From positions 744,001 to 808,000 of the forward strand of contig NOWV01000017.1 in the NCBI GenBank assembly GCA_003344405.1: 64,000 nucleotides of DNA, written 5' to 3'. The position numbers were made by a program, and so were the translations under genes. Positions 58,422 to 64,000 of the stretch are shown here, piece by piece. Position 1 is the first letter of the stretch. Each line of letters begins with the position of its first letter. Source of the DNA: Trichoplax sp. H2 (taxonomy: Eukaryota). The notes beneath the pieces were generated by a model. The model ran no database searches. It was not told where the DNA came from and saw only the letters and a program-made list of their open reading frames with translations.

Positions 58422-59434
58422 TTAATCCTTTTTGTTATGATCCTCTTCGTTATGTTCCTGTGCACTTTCCATCTTTACTTTTTGGATTTCAGCAAGAAAC
58501 CTAAACGAAAAAGGGAATTGTAAATCAAATAATTTGTTAGTTATCACTTATATTAGACTAGCATGGATCTATGGTAAGATTATTCCGTATAATCATGCAA
58601 TCCCTGTTAATACATGGCTTATAAAGTGGATGTATATAGGAACTGGCTTCGTTGATAACTTGGCTAAAGTACTGAGGAGTAGAGATAATAATGATGAAAA
58701 TAAATGGGCTTCACTTTCAAGCACCTGAAAGGTTTCTCAGTCTTTACATAGTAACTGTGATGAAGACTTTAAATCCAACTACTGCTTACAGTTTAAGGTA
58801 GAATACTCTGGAATGTAAGTTACATCGTTCAGTACATCTTGCAAGTAAACTTAGTTTAAGTTGATTACTAAGGGTGAGCTATCACTATTTCTAAATACTG
58901 TACCAGTAGTCATTAGTGCTTGGCTATGATGATTTTTAATATGCTGATCGATAGATATACTGCAAACAGTATAAGATATCTTATTAATACGTCTAAATAC
59001 GATTAATTACAATTAGTGGGCAATCAATACATTCGCAAGATTATGAAATATGAGTCATCATATGGTATCAACATAACTCTACATTATATTGACATGATGA
59101 CCCATTTGGTAGCGTTATTATTACTCTATAATGCAGAGTAGCAATCGCAGACTTACCAATTTATTGAAATAATTAAGATAAAGGTTAGCGATCCTAGGAT
59201 GATAAGGTGAATATTTAACTCCCATAACACCGCTAAAGTTATAAATAAAATTAACAGGATTACGAAGACGACGTTAATAAAAATGACTACTTGAGAATTA
59301 ACACCAGGTTGGAAAATATTATCAACAATTGGGCCAAAGAAACCCGAATTATCGCTACTAAGAGCTGCATCAGTATCATTATTACTTTTCGCCATATTAT
59401 CATGGCTATTATCAACATTAGTATCGGTAGACAT
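58422..59434 (-). CDS. Pkr1-like ER membrane protein (V-ATPase assembly factor family), 2 exons
   Basis: Exons 59157-59434 and 58422-58500 give ..FFGPIVDNIFQPGVNSQVVIFINVVFVILLILFITLAVLWELNIHLIILGSLTFILIISINW-FLAEIQKVK.., which resembles recalled yeast Pkr1 (FxPG..NIH..WF.E) with two TM helices. Confidence 0.8.
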
Positions 59435-59502
59435 TATTAGTTGTGCTAGATATTTGTTGCTGCCCACTCGCAAGTTCTCAACTTTAATGTCGTTAATCCA
59501 GT

Positions 59503-59680
59503 CTACGGTATTACTGTACGCATGCACTATTATAATACTGTATTGTCCTGTGCTGTACCGTCTACTGTATGGAAGTACTGTTGAGTACCGTACCGTACCG
59601 TACTACATAGAAGACTAGTGCCAGCTGCATTAAGCCTGTAGCTAACAGACTACAGAACAATATCGCACTACAGTACAGTA
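59503..59680. repeat. Degenerate CAGTA/TACCG tract upstream of the Pkr1-like gene
   Basis: tactgtacg..gtaccgtaccgtaccgtact..ctacagtacagtata. Confidence 0.7.
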
Positions 59681-60389
59681 TAAATCCTAAAACTTTACAT
59701 CAGACATCGCCAAATTTATCCTTACTCATTTCTACAATATTAATAATAGTATAGTATCGGTGTCCTTGTTTACTAAGTATAACTAGTTAACGCCATCCAT
59801 ACGTGTATTATAAGAATATATTGCATTTATTAAATTTCTACTTTGATCGACTTTAATCATACATTCGTATCCAGACTTCATATCAGAAATTCATACAGCG
59901 CTATGCATAAATGCATAAGTGTATATACATATTTAAAAAAGCTTTGATAATACGAGCGTACTTATACAGTACAGCTGTACGTTTGGATTATTCACATTCA
60001 TTAAGTTTGCGAATAACCTAAGTATCCTATACACGTACAGTAAATTACATAAAATATATATAGAGAAGTTGATCAAAATTTAAACTGCCGGTATCGATTA
60101 GGGATAAAATTAATCACCTATCAATGAAATTAAATAAAAAAGATACTACAGTATTCGATAAAATTAAAGGTGTATATATAGTAAAATAGTACTGCATGAC
60201 TTATGCTCACTAATTAATTTTTAAAATACCATCGGTCAATTGAAGTATTAAACATAAAAATGAAAACTTTATCGACGAAGTTATATACATTAGATATGAT
60301 AATAATTACATTTCATTCACTACCTTTAAGTTTATCTTAGGGAAATAACATCTTAAATCTTGTTATTACAATCGTCATCTTTGTTCATG

Positions 60390-63300
60390 CTATACTGTCA
60401 CAGACCAAATGAGTACGTCTATGTATCCAACAGTGATAAGATAGTTCCCGGAGGGTGAGAATTTGACCGTTTTAATACAGTCACTGTGGCCTACGAAATC
60501 TTGAAAACTACCCTCATAGAAATCCATTATTTGTACCAGCCGTTCTAAGTAGTACAAGTGATACATTTTAGATTAAATAACTATAATATTAATAATGTGA
60601 TCACGATACATATGCAATGCTAAGTATTAAAGCAACAATCAGCTTCAAATAAATACAAAAATTATCTTTGTTGCAGTTGGCTACACATGTTAAAATAGTA
60701 CCTTTGCAACCCATAGCAATTAATTGTCCCTTTGGAGACACATCTAAGCTAGTCATCCAGTGCGTTAGTGGACATTGTCTAATAATCTAGAAACATGAAT
60801 TTAGAAATGGATTAGGTAAAGAACTATAATGCTGTTATTTGAAAGATTGCTGCGTAAGAAACAAAATTAGTTAATACCTTTTGTTGAGATAAACTATAGA
60901 AAATTATTTCTTTTTGTATTCCGTAACCGGTATAAATTACAATATCTGAATCTGTTTTTGAAAAAGCAGCTAGGCTAGGAGGAAAGTCCTCATTGTTTGG
61001 CTATAATTTTTAAATGTAGGTATGGGAGAAATAAAAAGAAATCTGTTAGTCACGCTATAAAACATGTAGAATCAAGAGTTGTAGTATTACAGCTGTTAAG
61101 TTGAATCGATAAGTTTTATAATATTCTAATATTAGTCTTCTACCAGTCCTCCTTTAATCAAAGTTTCTTCTGGTGCAAAATCAGGTGCAGCAAAAGTTAA
61201 CCAATCGACAAGCTCACAAAAATCTTTAGACCAGTCAGCGCTCCAAATACTAATCCTTCTATCCGCACTAACACCTAGCCAGAGAAGTGGCGACGATAAA
61301 TTCCATTTCTCGTCCTTTATTTAAATTAAATTATATAGACAATACTGAAATTAGGGACGGTAGGCAAAGTTGAACCAATAAGAATATTGTAACAGCTTGT
61401 AAATAGGCAAAACGCATATTGCAGGGAAAAATAAAACAGTTGTAGATACTTCATCAAGCACATAATCAGTTACCCAAGAAACGGCCACATCAAATCCTAA
61501 TATCGAAGCGCCCTTATGATCGTTGAGAACTCGTAAAGTTAAACCAGTACTTGGACTATTTATCGCAATTAATCCATCCGCGCTTCCGGACAATATTACC
61601 CGACCTATATTAATTGCATTAAAATATGTTTTTACCAGTATCGAATTTAAGTTATGAATTTTGGCAAAGGCATTTAACAACACTAACAAATATTACTAAA
61701 TAACATTTTACTACCGTCAGCTGCATATGTTATTGCCGTGACCGAGTTTGCGTGAGGTTGCATCTTCATGACCATGTGTATTTTTTCTATATCAAAAAGT
61801 CTAACGGTACCATCGCTATATCCAGCAACGCAGTGTGTTGGGTATGTAATACTATCCGCTCCGACATTTTTCAGTACCACAGTTGACTTAGGGTTAGTGT
61901 GAGAGCTTGTATATGAGATCGTGTCTTGTATTTTTGGGGCAGGACTAAATGCCATACAGTTACAAGACTTCGTAGGAAAGATACGTTAAAAACGAGATTA
62001 ATCACTACCATTACTTTGATTATTTCTCATTTATAAATCTTTATGATAACAATAGTGCGTAATCACATTATATTTAGTCTTTAAAACAGGTCATGTTTGC
62101 AATGTACCTCTCCCATGACTTGAAATTGCAACGTTTGTTCAACTTTATCAGTCGTCCAGATTCTCAGACTACCATCAGCACCACATGTACCAAAGTACTT
62201 ATCATCAGGACCACTAAATACTACATCGTTGACCTGAAATGCAAAGAATAACTTAGCTGTGTATAAGAGTTCACACAATATTGGTTAAGCCAATTAATTT
62301 AATTAGGTATTAGCAGATTTTAGTGTCTATTTGAACCTGATTAGTTTGTCCACTGACTAAGCGAATACTAGCTCTTTCAGGCCAGTTAATGTACCACAGT
62401 GTTCCAGCGGTTGTTCCAACAATTCCCTATACTCGTATAAACACATACAAATAATTATCGAATGATACTGTATACTGATAGCTTATGTATTTGGTATTCC
62501 ATATTTAACATATACATATATATTGTGTCCGCTTTATCTATTGTAATATTCCTTACCGTATCAATTGATTCATCGAATGAAGCCGCGATTATAGCTCCAT
62601 CTAAAGGCATTTCGTCTTCCATCGTTAATCCTTCGCTTCTTATACTAATTTTTTTAAAGAAATTAATATCTTGGTAATTGAAATTCAGTTGCTACCTTGC
62701 GCGTACGCAATGTGCATAGTACACTTTAGTTACTGTAAAAGTACATTTGCAAAGGAGATGGTACCACTGCAATAGCTACTATCAATATTTCAAAAAGTAA
62801 CTATATAATGGTATAAATAAAATGGGCACGTTACAAATTTTATCAAAAATTAACTGTAAAAATGATATAAAACAATGCCTGCATAACAAAATTATGTTAA
62901 GTAGTTGCCCAATTAACTAGTTAATCATTCAATTGTTTATTACAAACCTGACTGAGCCGCCTGGCAATCTCATTTCCCCAATTCCTACTATAGACCAGAG
63001 GCGCAGATTGTTGGTACAACTACCAGTTACCATTCGACCTCCGCGACAGACAATTACACCTGTGCATTAAGTTTTCCAATTCATTAGGTGTCGTCAATTC
63101 ATCCAGAATTAAATATATCTTAATAAAAATGATACGTACCTATTTCCTTTTTATCCGCTTCCCAGTGAGCAAAGCATGAATTATTTCTGGTATCCCATGC
63201 GGTTATAATGCCTGCATTATTTTAGAAACATTAAATCATGACTTTGGCTACATAATACACATTACACATTTTATCTCACCAGAATTAGTGGCCGCATAAA

Positions 63301-64000
63301 GGATACTATCCCCAGCATATCCAACAGACGTGAAATCGACACAATTGTTAGACTTCTAATTGACAGTTAAAAGAAATAATCCAATACTATCACTCACGTA
63401 AAAATGATTAAGTTTAAGGTAAGAGTATTTTGTACGTATTAAACGAAGATTAAAATTACATTAAGCCGCGGCTTTAACAATTCTTCAGGGACTTCAGCTT
63501 CGTGCATCTAAGTAATTTAAGCAATCTTGGTATAAAAGCTGATACCGTATCTTTATACGTGTAATATAGTAGCGATCGCATTGCAATACATTGCAAATAT
63601 TTATAGTATGCTCTTACGTTCAAGCTAATGGTATAGTTAGTCTCATCTAGTAGCCAAAATTTTATTTTGCCATTAGCTCCAACAGAAGAAAATTCGTTGA
63701 CAGTGTAGGGATCCCAACATAGATCATGTATTGGCTCAGTTAATTGCGTAGCTGCAAGCACTGAATGATCATTCGTACTCCATACAACAATTGCACAGTC
63801 TAGATAATTTCCTAATAAGAAATAAATTGCATTGGATTAAGAAATGAGTATATTTAAAAAGTACTAAAAGAAATTTCTGGTATTAATGCTCTGCATACTG
63901 ATAACATACCTACAGATATTAAAAACCGATCGTCTCGTGAAAATGCAAGACAACATATATCGCCTTTATGGTGTTTCAATATCTGTTTAAAAAATCACCG
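60390..64000 (-). CDS. WDR90: WD repeat-containing protein 90 (centriolar POC16), 3' portion; continues beyond the window
   Basis: Many in-frame exons: GIVGTTAGTLWYINWPE, CVAGYSDGTVRLFD..KMQPHA, WLGVSADRRISIWSADWSKDFCELVDWLTFAAP and QDFVGHSDCIKTVKFSPSG. These match the recalled WDR90 C-terminus. Stop at 60390-60392. Confidence 0.88.

Overview
Eukaryotic, AT-rich, gene-dense animal DNA with short GT-AG introns and one 20-N assembly gap. The style suggests an early-branching metazoan such as the placozoan Trichoplax (inference only). Fifteen spliced protein genes were assembled by hand: DCTN5(-), PIGX(+), an Amun-like HhH glycosylase-fold gene(-) head-to-head with NTHL1(+), PDAP1(-), CPSF4(+), RPS9(-), BUD31(+), a RING-fused CRLF3 homolog(-), a compact divergent PALB2-like gene(+), an orphan Asn/Cys-rich gene(+), WDR13(-), a Josephin deubiquitinase(+), a Pkr1-like V-ATPase assembly factor(-) and the 3' part of WDR90(-). 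Highlights: (1) a probable PALB2 ortholog recognisable from motif and intron-phase conservation, on the same segment as DCTN5; (2) a RING-coiled coil-FN3-SPRY (TRIM-like) CRLF3; (3) a repeated upstream architecture of CAGTA/TACTG tracts, GGACGTCAGGAT motifs, a shared TAGACCTGAGAA..TTATGATCTA element and promoter-proximal tandem duplications; (4) PDAP1-CPSF4-BUD31 microsynteny; (5) a U12-type intron in WDR13; (6) a candidate structured ncRNA. Exon coordinates were read manually and may be off by a few bases. Homology calls come from recalled family sequences, not from database searches.
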